Both the position numbers and the translations under genes were made by a program. The notes under the pieces are model-generated. The model saw nothing but the letters and a program-made list of their open reading frames with translations, searched no databases and was not told the DNA's origin. Positions 24,356 to 38,203 of a stretch of DNA of 64,000 bases are shown piece by piece. The DNA comes from Tubiluchus corallicola (lineage: Eukaryota > Animalia > Priapulida). The DNA is taken from positions 372,001 through 436,000 of the forward strand of contig JAQGDQ010000027.1 in assembly GCA_030141605.1 (NCBI GenBank), read 5' to 3'. Position 1 is the stretch's first letter. Every line of letters starts with the position of its first letter.

Positions 24356-27300
24356 CCTTCCCTTCTTTAAAGTTGAAAACAAATTCTGTTAACTAAGTCA
24401 AGCTAAGTCAAGTTCATCTAGAATTTAGAAGTAGTATCAACTGTATTTGACAGTGTGCCTACTGGCAAGTAAATCAAGTGCTAATGAACTCAATGAATAA
24501 TCCTGAATAAAGTAGTATACAAATATTACTAAAACTTAAAACAACTTTGAGCATCAAGAAATACATTAGGTACAACACTTCTTGTTTAGATTTCACAAAC
24601 AACATTAATACGAATTTAAGTTTTTCAATTTCAACAGTGAATTTCAAATGAATAACTTTTATTCTCAGTGAAAACCTAGACTTGAACTTCAAATCCATCA
24701 ATAACTTCAATAAATGAAATCAAAAGAGTAACTACATACTGTCACTCTATCTCTTAACAATGCAACATAGGCACATATTAAAATTAACTGGTTGTATCTA
24801 AACTTGTGCAAAAGTTGCAAAATGTAAAATGATAATACAGATCAATAAACTATAATACTGCAAGTAAATAAGTATAATGTTCTTAATTCTCATCGTTCCT
24901 AGCCACTAAACAATTTGACAAACAAATTATTCATAATCATTTCAAAGTGTAAGACTACAAGTTCAATTATCCTCAAAAAACACAAAATTGGTCTCAAAAT
25001 GAATACATGTAAATTTAAACATGTTTGCAAAAAAATCACTATACAGAGTTCATTCTCTGAACCTCAAAGGTTTTCTGACTTCTCTACCAGAAAGAGTTGT
25101 TACAGTGCTACTCCTAGGTTCTGGCACAATCACTGCTGATGCACCAGGTAAGTTTATTTTACCAAGCTTAACAGGAAGTACACTAGTATGTTTAAACTGT
25201 TCCTCAGGTTCAGCACCATTCATAACTCTGTCAGGCTCCTCAGATAATTTCCGTAGATGTACTCTGTTTCTGCGATAAATACCTTGATTGGTTTTAACTC
25301 TGTAAGAACAACGTATATCATCTGCACTGTCCATGACTCTTCCTTTTAACCACTGCTTGGTACCGGGTTGGGGCTGTACTCTAACAACTTCTGTAGGCAT
25401 AAGTTCCGGCAAGTCTCTTGCATCTCTGTTATAGTACTCAGCTGATTTTTTCTTCTGATTATGCATTCGTTCAACTGACAGATCATACTGTGAAGATTGA
25501 AGTAGTTGAGCTGTCATAGGCAATAGTTACTTAGTTCGCCTGTTAAACAAACGCTGTGCTGGTGATGTACCAATTCCTTGCGTGGGAGTATTGCGAAACT
25601 CCAGTAATGCTAAAAGTGGGTCACTTCCAGCTAACTTACTTTTCATAACCAAATTCTTTACAGTTTTCACAGAATTTTCCACATGACCATTACCTTGTGG
25701 ATATAAAGGCGATGATGTTTTGTGTTCAAAACACCACTTTCGAGAAAACTTAGAAAAGGCATGACAAGCAAATTGAGGGCCATTGTCGGGTCTGACCAAA
25801 TCCGGAATGCCATGTCTGGCAAACTGCATCTTCAGTTTGCGGATTACCGTCTCTGAGTCAGTATTCTCTAAGTAATCTAATTCAGCAAAATTGGAATAAT
25901 AATCAACAGTCACTAAATAATTTTTTCCATCAATGTAGCACAAATCAGTGCCAATTACTGACCAGGGTCTAACTGGAACTTCAGAACTAATCAAAGTTTC
26001 CTTTTGCTGTTTTCTATTTAAGGCATTACAAACAACACATTTCTGAATATATTCTTTAATCTCATTATTCATATTCGGCCAGTATAGACATTCACGGGCT
26101 CTTCTCAAGCAACCTGCAATTCCAACATGACTGCTGTGTACTTGTTCTAGCATCTCTTTTCTCAGGGCTTTAGGAATCACAATTTGGTTACCCTTTAAAA
26201 TCACACCATTATGAACTGTGAGCTCATCCTTTAGTGAATAATACTGACTAATCTCTAAAGGAAAAAAATCTTTTCTTTCAGGCCAGCCATTAAGAATTGT
26301 AGATCGCAGTGTCAATAAATCACTTTCCGTATATGCACGAATTTGTTTAAGTCTCTCTTGAGACACAGGTAAGTATTGCAACACATTAACATTGCTCAAG
26401 TATTTCTCATACTTGGTTAAGTCTGGCTGATCTTGTAGATAAGCTCTGCTTAGTGTATCAGCTACATACATTGTAGGACCTGGTTTGTAAATTAACTTCA
26501 GATCATCACATTGAAGTTTAACTAGCATAGACTGTAAACACTTTGGTGCTGAATGAAGTGGTTTTTGCATAACAGCCACCAAGGGCTTATGGTCTGTCTG
26601 AACCACTACATGACGACCATAAACATACTGGTGAAACTTTGTAACTGCAAAAACACATGAAAGTAGCTCTTTTTCAATCTGAGCATACCTTATCTCAGTT
26701 TCTGACAATGTTCTACTGGCATAAGCCACTGGTTGTCCATTTTGCATAATGGCAGCTCCAAGACCTTTCTCAGAAGAATCGCATTGTAAGGTGACTTCTT
26801 CTTTAGGATCATAGTAACTTTAGTACAGGTTCCTGGGAGATAGCTGATTTTATAGTTCGGAAAGCTTTCCCCTGGGTTTCATCCCAGTGCCACAGTACAT
26901 TTTTCTCAGTAAGTTCTCTAAGTGGCTTGCACATGTCACTTAAGTTAGGAAAAAATTTAGATAGATAATTAACTAATCCCAGAAGTCTCCGAACACCAGA
27001 CACATCTTGTGGGGCAGGCATTTCTATAATAGCCTTAACTTTGTCTGGATCAGGCCACAGACCTTCACTTGTTAATATGTGACCAATAAACTGTACTTTA
27101 CTCTGACGCAGCTTAATTTTCTCTTCGTTTAAGACTAAATTTTTCTCTCTGCATCGTTGCATAAAAGCTCGGACATTTTCATCATGGTCCTTATTTGCAA
27201 TTTTTAGTGTCCCTCCGTTGCCAATAACTAGCACATCGTCTGCTGCACTCATAACATTCTTTAAACCTTCTAGAGCCTCATCTTGTTTGCGTTGGTACTA

Positions 27301-29132
27301 CTCAGGAGCAACCGATATGCCAAAAGGCATACGTCGCCAACGATAACGTCCGAAAGGTGTATTAAAAGTGGTTAAGTAAGAGCTAGATTCATCTAGTTCC
27401 ATTTGCCAAAATCCATCTTGGCATCAAAAATACTGAAGACTTTGGCTTTACTCAAATCTGGCAAGACATCTTCAATAGTCTTTAGAGGATAGTGATTTCG
27501 CCTCAAAGCCTTATTTAGATCCTGAGGATCTATACAGACTCTCAGCTGGTTGTTTGATTTTCGTAGAACAAGAAGGCTAGATACGAAATCTATAGGAGTT
27601 GTGACTTTAGAAGGAATTTCTTGAGATTCAAGTTTATCTAGTTCCTTCTTTAAGTCATCCTTCAAAGCAACAGGTACACGTCTAGGTGGATGTACTACAG
27701 GGGGTACATTAGAATCTACTTCTAAGTGCAGTTTTCCAGGAAGTTTACCTAGACCTTCAAACACATCTGCATAATCACTTAGCAAAACATCTTTGGTTAA
27801 TTCTCTATCTGCAGTTGAAGAACTATCAACACCTAGAATATTTTCATGCTTCACTTCAGCAAATTCATTTGCTGAGCAGCAGAATTACCAATTATAGGCA
27901 AAAGATTTTCTTGCACTACAACACATTTCACTTTATACTTTCTACCATTTTTAGGATTTATCATTTTAACAACACAACTACCCACTGGTACAGTTTTTCC
28001 TCCATCATACGTGTAAAGCAGTTTTTTCTCACTATGATTAATCAACTGACTGGAAGGCAGAAAATTGGCTGATATCACATTGCATGTTGCACCACTGTCA
28101 ATCAGAAAACGAATAGGTTTCTTACTCACCAGCATCATAGCAAATATTTTATTACCAGGTTTCACACTTGAAGAATGAAGCGCTTGCACACTCCAGTAGT
28201 CTTCCGAATTTTCACTATCAGAATCTGAGTCACCACACTGTACATCACAAAACTGCTGATTAAGGGTGCGTACATTTCTTTTTCTACTATATGATGCAGA
28301 TTTTCTAAGAGAATCACATTTAACTTGCAAGTGATTCCATTGCTTACACTTAGCACAATGCTTACCATATGCAGGGCAACTATCACGACCAAAAACATGT
28401 CGTTTCCCACAAAATTTACAGCATTTTTGGTGTGAGTCATACATAGCTGAGGTCATTTTTTGCTTCACAGATTGCACCACGTCTGACTGTGCACAACCAG
28501 CAGATTTAGTATAGTTAGGCTTAGACCTATTTTTCATCTTGCATTTTACACTGTTGATTTTCTCAGTTGGCATTTGACCATGGGCAAATTCTTTAATTGC
28601 AGAGTGAGAAAACTCAGCAGCACGACAGGTTTAAAGACAAGTGTCAAATCTGTAGTTTTCAATAGTCTTTCTCTGATTTCTTGACTATTTACGCCACATA
28701 CTATTCTGTCACGCAATAGAGAAACTTCCAACTGCCCAAATTCACATGTACTAGCCAGCACTCTCAAAGCTGTTACATATTCATCAATAGTTTCAGAAGA
28801 ACTTTGTACTATAGTAAAGAATTTATATCTTTCAAATGTTTGATTGGCAGTTGGAATACAATACCTTTCAAAGGCTGTAAACAGGTGTGCGGCAGTTCGT
28901 TCAGCTTCAGGTGTAGTTATATTTAATGTGGGGTAGATTTCCCTACCTCTCTCGCTTCTTCAGTTTTGTCACTAAGTGCAAGTTCCATATACAAGCTAAA
29001 TTCTTCACGCCATTTTTTCCATGCTTATGACAGATTGCGTGATTCGAAGTTTAGCGCGTTAGGTTGTTTTAGCTGATTCGAATTTGCTGTCCGAATAAAT
29101 ACTCAAAGCAAACTAGTTCACTTCTGACACCA

Positions 29133-29316
29133 TGTTACACGCTACAATAATATTAGCAACCAGACAAATGCGTGCATAATAAAGTAGTATTCATTAAACT
29201 AATTAGGAACTTAAACAAAGAAGGTCAGAGCAGCCTGACAGTCTAGAATGCAGAACCTTGCTAAGCAATCACCAAGATCTTTGATCTACACAAACCATAT
29301 CTATGGTATTGTTACA
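29133..29316 (-). repeat. 5' LTR
   Basis: Direct repeat of 24172-24355 with 7 substitutions by manual alignment; followed on the minus strand by primer-binding site TGGTGTCAGAAGTG (29119-29132), complementary to a tRNA-Leu 3' end. Confidence 0.95.
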
Positions 29317-29719
29317 CTTGTCAACTTCTCTAACTTTCACACGGATTATTAGCTGATGACACCAAATTATTTGCATTTGATACTAACATTCAAAATCTCC
29401 AAAATACAGTAAACAGAGAGCTGGGAAAAGTGGATACTTGTATGCAGGCAAACAAACTAACGATCAACTACAAAAAACAAAATACATATTAATCAAACCT
29501 AAATGCAGTACTGGTGTTAACCATAACCTTCAAGTTAAAATAAATAACAACGTATTAGAACAAGTACAGGCAATAAAGTATTTGGGACTGCTTATTGATG
29601 ACAATCTGTCCTGGTCTGCACAAGTCAAACATAGCACTCACAAGATCAGTAAAATAAAAGGTATATTATCGAAGATACGCTATTATGTAGGTGCACCCAC
29701 TATAAAAGTCATTTATTAG
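29317..29719 (+). mobile_element. Continuation of the interrupted LINE reverse transcriptase
   Basis: Resumes (D)LVNFSNFHT..LLADDTKLF and later IKYLGLLIDDNLSW..KIKGILSKIRYYV. Confidence 0.88.
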
Positions 29720-29793
29720 GCTATCAGAAATCAGATTTCTCAAAATTCCGCAATGAGAATGCAGAAATCTCGTGAGCCTGTCCTTTTCTAGGA

Positions 29794-30482
29794 TTAAAGC
29801 ACAAGAAAACCCTCATTTATATAAGGCTGAAAAAGTCTTGAAATTTGGTATCACTTATGTGCTGCCTTTTTACATGAAACGCTTAAATCGGCCGTAATGC
29901 TGTGTAAAACGTGTAAGTTTAAACTTCCCCGGTGACCATTAGGTGCAGCCATTTTGATGGTAGGTTGTTTAAAACAAGTTTAAATAAGACTGAGGAAAGT
30001 TTGAAAAATTAATCAGAACATTCGTAACATACATGTTGCTAACTAAGCAAAATGTTAAATTGCTGCATCTTGTAAATAAGATTAAAAATACATGTCTGGT
30101 TAGTGAGTGGCACACCCTGGAGGGTGAGTCGGCAACATTTTACCAATTGGCACAAACATTCTAAATAATTATTTCTATTTACATAAATCTTTCCAACAGG
30201 TAAGCGAAATGATATAGATGGCAAGTAATACAGATTTGCATGGGCAGTTTTTTAGACATAGTTTAACACTGTCTTTTCGTCCCCTGATTTACGTTTGCGT
30301 ATCTGACGTCATGTAATGGCGCTGTCGGAAAAGTAGGCCTATTGCAGGAGATATAAAATGAAAACAAACAAAAATTCCTTTTAACGCGAGTGCCACGTAC
30401 ACATAAAATTGCTATAATGTAATATAATTTTTAAGGCGATTTTTCTGAAACCTACTTCAGGTACCCTTTTTCTTGTCCTTAA
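29794..30482. mobile_element. TTAA-flanked non-autonomous DNA transposon (Kolobok-like)
   Basis: TTAA|agcacaagaaaa ... ttttcttgtcc|TTAA imperfect terminal inverted repeats with RR...YY termini; related copy at about 3108-3612; contains a TGACGTCA palindrome at 30304-30311. Confidence 0.55.
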
Positions 30483-31339
30483 AGAGCTATGCTCACTTTT
30501 CTTTTGATTTCTTTCCACATTTGTTTATAATAATTCTACATTCATGTTTAAATTTTTTGTGCTACGTTCAATGTACTTGTTCTGCTTTTATGGTTCATAA
30601 AGGTCTTCCGTATAAATAGGGCACGCCAGTGACTCTCAAATGTTTTAGCACGATCGAGCACAGTTACTTTTCTATTGTCTGTATCTAGCTAAACAAATTG
30701 TGTTAAAACAATGCACTAAGGCGTAGAACTTTCAAAATCCTCATCTAAGCAGCTATTATGTGAGTTCTGTATTATTAGGAACTCTGCCCTGAGATTTGTG
30801 CTGTAAATAATGGGGAAAATATGGTTAAATAAACAATAGTCAAAAGTTATATTCAAATCGTGAAAAGTCCTAAGTTAATTCCCAAGTTAAAGGCAGTTCC
30901 CTATGATTAGACAATAAGCTGATAAAGCTGTCTTGCCAAGTCTGGATTTATTTGCACCCATTTTTAACAAAATAAACAACCATTTAATGAATTTATATGT
31001 GGGACTTAATACCAAGAGGTTGCTTCACAGTCAGTCATTCATACATTTACTGACCAGGCTTGGTGTTACATAACTATGGTCTCCATAACTATCGCCACTC
31101 AGCAAGTCCTCTTATTCTGTTTAACATAGTACCTAAATCTACTAGTTTAAATGAACTTAATTGATATTAATATTATTAAGATCGTTAAAAGTATCAAAAT
31201 TTTATAATTTCTCAAGCTTCCTTGAATTACATTATAAACACCTACCATATTATGTGCTTGTATATAAGTATGACGCACTTGATAATAGGGGATCCACGAT
31301 CGGTAACAGCAAAAAATCTGAATATACATAATCTGATGC

Positions 31340-31516
<177 letters not shown>

Positions 31517-32791
31517 AAAATTTATGAAAAGCATTATTAGCTAAATCCGGGATGAACAGCCTGTGATTAATTATAAGTCACTTTTCAATAATAAGATTTG
31601 AAAACATAATATGACTCAAAAAAACAGGGTAGATGAATGATAAAAATTTAAACAATGCTTCATTAATAATAAACAGTCAATAAAAGCGTCAAAATTTTTT
31701 GTAAATTAGCATCAAAGTTATTCTATTCTATTCTGAAATAGCCAACCATCATGTGAAAATACTAACATTACCTAGTAATCAGCAGTGTTCTGCATTGAAG
31801 CCTTTATATATTATCATTGTGATTATTATTGTTATTGTTATTATAATTGTTTTTTTATTGTTGTTGTTGTATTTATTTACTATATATTTTTATTGATACG
31901 TATATGTACATTAATACAACAGAGACACACAGTACATTATAATGATATTTAGTGATATAATTGGTTGCTTATTTACATTACATTATGTCACAGAAAATCC
32001 AAAAATTCAACTGCCGTCATTAAAAATTTTCGAAATTTGCCAAACCACTTTAAAACAAAATTATAGTCCTGTGAATCTGGGTTACTGATGCTTTTATCAT
32101 AAAGATCAAATCATCTTTTTATAATAATTTAATAATAAGCCTAAAAGCATTGGCAGTAACACCTACTTTTTCTTCTTTCTTTCTTTTCTTTCTTGAAAAG
32201 CACGTCTGTCGTGTCCAGAGATGTCTTACTAACGGCTCTTTCAACTTGCTGACGCAGCTTTTATAGTTCATAGTTTACAAGGTTGTTATACTGGTCAAAG
32301 TTTGTTCAGTTTACATGCTGTCCGGCTTTGTTTGGTCAGTAATTAAAACTGTCGCGTCTCTATTTGAAGGATTATGTTATTGATTTTGTTAAACTATCGA
32401 ATAAGATAATAATTAATTACTTTTTATTGCTAATTTATAAAGTGCATTATACATAATAGATGCTTAGCACTAAATAAATGTGAATTAAACAAGTGTTTTT
32501 AATGACCCGCATAAAACAAAATTACGATATTAAACTCTGACAAATTAAATGCTAATTTAAGCTGGTATGTTTCCAGCAATGTCTTAGAGTGGCTTCTACT
32601 GGCTGCGAGTTTTGTATGAATTGGTACAGGATTCCAGAAGTTTTTCTGCAGCTGATTCGCAGCCTGATCTTCAAGTGCTATTTTTGGGTCTAACCAGAGG
32701 CGTATCAGCACTTTACGCTTTGGCTGAGATTTCTGTCCCGCCCATCTCTATTGTGAATTTACGGTTGTTCATGTAGTGAGCAGATTAAAAA

Positions 32792-32887
32792 GTTACTTGT
32801 GGCGCATTAGAAAGACTATTAACCTATTGTCTATGTGGTTACTTGTGGCGCATTAGAAAGACTATTAACCTATTGTCTATGTGGTTA
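32792..32887. repeat. Perfect 46-bp tandem duplication
   Basis: gttacttgtggcgcattagaaagactattaacctattgtctatgtg occurs twice in tandem. Confidence 0.9.
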
Positions 32888-33394
32888 TTATTAATTACGT
32901 ATATTTGCAGAACGATTATATATAAGCAAGCTGCGTAACTGCTTGTTTTGTAATACCTTGCACCTGTTCGTTATGTGGCACTTATATAACAGCTGAGCTA
33001 AGTAACTGCCTGTGGTGTGTTATAGAATGCGCCCTTTACATGAATATAAAAGTTACACATTTTTCGAGGAGAAATTGATTTTTTTTAAAAATATTGACGT
33101 CCTTCAAACTTTTGTGCCCCAGGCTATATATAGCCTCGTTATCCTGCTGGTTAATATGCCCCTGGGTCTAACACTTGGGGTTCTTAGGAGAAGCCATTCT
33201 TTATCGCAGTGCAGTAACTAGTTAGAGCATTTGTTTAGGTATGAGATTTTTGCACAATAAAGGGGGCAGAAACATTTAACAATTTACAGACAATTACAAG
33301 AGAATTTAATATAGGTTCTTCTGAACCTGCCATCCTGTCATTTTAACTTTCTATTGTATCAAACGTCTGTATTGTATTGTATTGTATTGTCTTC

Positions 33395-33812
33395 AAACGT
33401 GTATACTACAAATGTGGCTGACTCGATGCGTATTAATTTTAGCCAGTTTGTTTTATCTGCACATCATTTGAAAGTTAAAATAGTGAGATGGTCGAGACCC
33501 CCGGTACCACACCATAGAAGAATTTGTAGTATTTACGAAGATGAAGTACAAGATGAACAACACGTAGTAACAAGATGTAGAGTAACAGAAATAGTGCGAA
33601 CAAAATACGATATGACCTTTAATAGCACAGACGATCTGTTTAATTTAGAGCAGGAATTATGTGCAAAAGTAATCACGGATATGTAAATTTATTCCCGAGA
33701 ATCTCGCTACATAACCGTTATGATGTATGTAAAATGAATATTTATTGTTGTTATTATTATTTTGTTGTGAAGTGTTTGCTTGACAAATGTCAATAAATTA
33801 TTACTACTACTA
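33395..33812 (+). mobile_element. 5'-truncated LINE 3' end
   Basis: SAHHLKVKIVRWSRPPVP..RICS..EVQDEQHVVTRC resembles the C-terminal Cys/His region of non-LTR ORF2; followed by AATAAA and a (TTA/CTA)n tail. Confidence 0.7.
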
Positions 33813-34147
33813 TATCAGATTTGTTTGTTTCTTGGGTCTTTTTCTTTCTGAAAGTGTCCACCACCCAGTTTTGATTTTTGAACTAAATCTTTTCATCGCC
33901 TTTATTTTGAGTTTTCGTAATTGAACTAATTCTTGCCATTAGGAATAAGAGTATTTGTTGTTTTTAAAATGGACTTAAAACAAATTAGATAAAAACTGCA
34001 ACTTAATAACTTTCTTTTACAAACATTTTGCACAACAGAAATCCTTCAGTACTAATATAATGAGTATGATCTTATTTTCCGAGGATCTAAATGAACTAAG
34101 TGTCATATTATTTATTGTGGAGAGATCACACTGCATAATAAGTAAAT

Positions 34148-34348
34148 AAAACAGCTTATATCTGTGATTCAATGTAACGTACACCTGCACTTTGTCGTGT
34201 GCCAATTCATGCATAACATTTCCAGGAACTCCAGCTTCTTGATTAATATGTTAACAAAACAGCTTATCTCTAGGACTCAAGGTAACGTACACCTGCACTT
34301 TGCCGTGTGCTTAATTCATGCAAAACATTTCCAGGAACTCCAGCTTCT
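34148..34348. repeat. Imperfect tandem duplication, about 108-bp period
   Basis: aaaacagcttat...gtaacgtacacctgcactttg...catttccaggaactccagcttct occurs twice. Confidence 0.85.
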
Positions 34349-34526
34349 CAAACCAAGAAAGAGAATCATCATTAGTGTATCTCAACTAATTAATTAAGTC
34401 TAGCTTAATTGTTGGTTTTTACCAGCACGTTGACACTAAGATATGAATAATTGATTGTAGAGAATGATTACTATTTTTACATCATCCAGAAAGTAATGTA
34501 ATATTCAGTGCAAGTATCTGATGCAA

Positions 34527-34830
34527 GTGAGTGAGTGGGTGAATGAGTGGGTGAGTGAGTGAGTTGGTGGGTGAGTGAGTGACTGAGTGAGTGGGTCTGT
34601 GCTTGATTGATTGAATGCGTGAGTGAGTGGGTGTGTGAGTGATTGAATGAGCAATTGAGTGAGTAAGTGAGTGAGAGTGAGATGGAGTGTGAGTGAGTGG
34701 GTGAGCGAGTGAGTGAATGAGAAGGAGGTGAGTGAGTGAGTGAGAGGGTGAGTGAGGGAGGGAGTGAGAGAGTGAGAGGGTGAGTGAGGGAGTGAGTGAG
34801 TAAGTGAGTGAATGAGTGAACGAGTAAGTA
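34527..34830. repeat. Degenerate (GAGT)n microsatellite
   Basis: Directly visible gtgagtgagt run. Confidence 0.92.
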
Positions 34831-36789
34831 GCTATTTATGTTTTTAATGTTGCGGCTTCTGCGCGTCTGTTATGTTACTTAGACTAGCTTCTGATATCTA
34901 TGTCATAGAGTTATGTCAATAAATGAGTGAGCAATGATCATGCAGTTGTTAAACATGGCGTGTGACTCAAAATGTTGAAATATTGCAAATATTGAAGCAG
35001 CCATTAATTCATAGTAAATTTAATTATATTTTAATGAAAGAAAATATTCTTGTCTAAATTTTTTGGTCTTGCAATTATGACATAATAGAAACTGAGTATT
35101 GTATTAGAAATTTAAACTAGTCAGTGACGTCTTAAGAAACGGCTAGAAACCCCGGTAAAAGGTTTGATATTAGTTAATTAAACTCTAATTTCGGTCAGCA
35201 TTTGATATTACGTCACATCGCATCAGATATAAAGTTGTTATAATAATATTGATAATTTCGTTTAGGACATAGTTCAGGAATAACACCTTAAGTACAGTAC
35301 CTCACTACTTATTTGCAATGTGGCAATATGGTCCCGTTATCATTGACCGCAATGTCACTTCAGTAAGCCCGCTTCAGTGATGAACAACACTAAAAAAGCA
35401 ATCTATATGACGTTTTTGGCGCTTTAGTGATGAGGAGCACTTAAACATCAATCTACCCACGAAGCGGCGCAAACTGTCTCAACTGCCTCAGCAACCCCTA
35501 ATCCGAAATCAGAAAACCAATGATCAGAATTAGCGTATTCTTGAAGGGTTACCATTAAATTAACTTTTTAATAATTTTTTATAACAATTAAATAAAAAAA
35601 TTAGGGAATTTTATGTAAACGTGCATTTTTTGACAAATAATTTCATAATAACTTTCACATATAGTGTCTATCTGTTAATTTCAAGCCAAAATAATCACGT
35701 AGTTCCTAATTTTCGTAGAATGCATTGTATTAATTCGAAAGTGTTTGTGTCAGAATTCGAACAAAGACTTTTACAAGTGCCTAGATTTTGTAGGCACTTG
35801 AAATCTGAAACCGTATTGTGTGTTAAAATTCCAAAATGACTGTCTTTGTTTGGAGTCCTGTTTTGTGCATCATTGTTCTCATTTTTATTTGTATATAAAG
35901 ATATTCTCTACCAAATACGCTTAGCCTACTTATTCTAACATCTTTATAGACAAATATTGGTAAATAGTTTATTTTTTTTTAGTGACCATTGTTGTTTCTT
36001 TTTACGTGTTTTTAAAAAACTCCAAAAATAGATTTTTCTTATAACCGTTCGCGTGATGTTCATTATAACTCTTTTTGGATGTTAATTACCAACACCATGT
36101 GGACAAAAGAAAATCATTTTTAATTATTCTAAATCTAAATTTATGTTGTATATTTATCCTAATGTCATCATACTTTTTTAGTTTTGGATAGTGCTGCCAC
36201 CTTCAGGTGCTCTTGTTAAAATTGTTGAACTTTCTCTTTCCTGTTTAAATTTTCATTGGCTTCTACAGTCTTTATGAATGCATAATTTCTAAACCTGTTT
36301 TCACACCTAAATGATTTCACTTGTAGTTCTGGTCACTTGGTTTTCTGCTTTTCAATATGACACTACTTCACTGTTTATGTAGGCATTTCAGAATAAAATC
36401 TTAAAAATAAATCTCAAGTTTTTTGGTTTCTTCAAACCACCATGTTTATTAAAATGTTTTTCAGGAATCTAGATTCAAAGTTCGTTTATTTCGCATAACA
36501 CAACACTAACAGAGTTAATGTTACCGTATTAAATAATGTAGATTTACAATCTAACATTGTTTAATTACAATTTATGTGTCATGTCACAAGTCCGCTGGCT
36601 TGACGGGAAACTTGAAACTTTTGACTCTTGTGTCTTTAAAAATTCAATGTTAGTTTAAGGGCTGTCTGATGGTCGAACCTTGTGGTATAAATTTACCAGC
36701 TATATACATTTACTGTGATGTTCAATTGTTTATTTAACAGCATATTTTTTTATTATTCTGTGCTCAATGAATGCAACAGCCAGAAAAAA

Positions 36790-37150
36790 CTTTCTTATGT
36801 TATAGTAAAAATAGGGAATTCTCAATTAGCACCAGCACACCAAGCATATAATTTATGGGTTATCTTTGGTGAGAATAAGTTAATGGGTTTTCACATCAAT
36901 AATGTTTGTAAAAAGGATTTTGTTCAATTAGCAAGAATTAGGCACAAACGCAAGTACCTAGACAGGAATTCTACCGAATCTCTGATTCATTCCTTTATCA
37001 ATTCGACTTTGGACTACTGTAATGCATTACTGTTTAATGTTTCAAAAAACTCTATGAACAAACTGCAAAAAATTCAAAGTTGTGCAGCCAGCATGATCGT
37101 GTGTTTGCGCAAGTATGATCACATAACTCCAACATTACGGGCCCTTTCTC
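36790..37150 (+). mobile_element. L2/CR1-type LINE ORF2 fragment
   Basis: RKYLDRNSTESLIHSFINSTLDYCNALL..KLQKIQSCAA..KYDHITPTLRAL is the typical post-RT region of L2-like elements. Confidence 0.85.
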
Positions 37151-37548
37151 CCTTAACAACACACCGTTTCGTTTTAACGACGATTTTTCACTTTGCTCAG
37201 AACCATTTTTTATTTGATCAATAACTTTTTTTATCTAAATTGAAGCAATAAAATGGTACATTGTCCATTATTCTGTTCTAAAAATGCGTTAGTAACTCAA
37301 ATAGTGCGATCACTACAATGTTTTTGCTTCCTTATTGCTTTTGCTGATTTACTCATACTAAATTATAGCTTTGTGTCAAGCGACAGTTGAGTCTAAACTT
37401 TATGCCAAAGAATTTTGCGTGTAACCTGTTGCTATAGCAAAAAGATTAATAGTACATGAAATTGCTTCAAGGTCACTCCATGCAGAGCTTGGTTAGCAGG
37501 CAGCGGGTTACACGGGAGGAGAAATCCCTGGCGTAAACGAAACGTCAT

Positions 37549-37788
37549 TAAACGAACCTGAAACTTCCATAGCAAGTACTATAAGTGAATTGAGATACGT
37601 TTCAGAACCAAAATCAATGCATCAGTGTTACTTATATAATATAAATTAAACGTTTTACGAAAAATATAGATAAACTCACAAAACATTTAATTTGTATGAT
37701 ATAAGGAACACTGATGCATTGATTTTTGGTTCTGAAACGTATCTCAATTCACTTATAGTACTTGCTATGGAACTTTCGGGTTCGTTTA
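37549..37788. mobile_element. MITE/hairpin with near-perfect inverted arms of about 88 bp
   Basis: ttccatagcaagtactataagtgaattgagatacgtttcagaaccaaaa pairs with ttttggttctgaaacgtatctcaattcacttatagtacttgctatggaa; TA at both ends; AT-rich loop of about 60 bp. Confidence 0.88.
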
Positions 37789-38203
37789 CGTCACGTTTTG
37801 CTGGAATGCATTAGCTTTGTAATGCGAGGACTTACTTTACTTATTGATTGATTTTGCGGATTTTGGCTTTATAGCTGCTTTGTAGCAACAAGTTTGTTTT
37901 CACCAGTTTGCATTAACCAATATAAAATTAAGCTGGTGTTAGAAGAGAAAGTTGTAATAATAATTCTTAAGTATAATATATACCTAAGCTCTGGCCTACT
38001 CAATCAAATTAATGTTTGTGGCTGAAACATAAATTGATAGGTAAAAGTGCCCCTTTAGTGAATGGCTCATAAGTTGTTGGACGTTTTCTACTTTCATCTA
38101 ACTAATTTTACTTGAAACAACATGACTATGTTGTTGGCGTCTTTTTGCTCTTGTTGTTGCTTCGGATTGAGATTGGGATAAACTTGCACTGTAATTTTTT
38201 CAG

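Larger units (their letters stand above)
24172..29316 (-). mobile_element. Full-length decayed Ty3/Gypsy LTR retrotransposon (Mag-like), 5.1 kb
   Basis: Two 184-bp TG...CA LTRs; 5-bp target-site duplication CTTGT (24167-24171 and 29317-29321); gag with tandem Zn knuckles (CKFCGKRH..C, CAKCKQWNHLQVKC), protease FLIDSGATCN, RT (VCIDPQDLN, AADDVLV), RNase H (PVAYASRTL), integrase (H..H..C..C, GTDL, DNGPQF, GHVENSV) in gypsy order; several frameshifts and stops. Confidence 0.96.

Noticed and set aside
25050-28767. Active retrotransposon or domesticated gag/pol gene
   Set aside because: gag-pol is broken by several frameshifts and stops and the LTRs have diverged; no env-like ORF is evident between integrase and the 3' LTR.
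35370-35460. Box C/D snoRNA (two GTGATGA motifs)
   Set aside because: The motifs come from a diverged tandem duplication of about 50 bp; no suitably placed CTGA box D or terminal stem, and no host intron identified.
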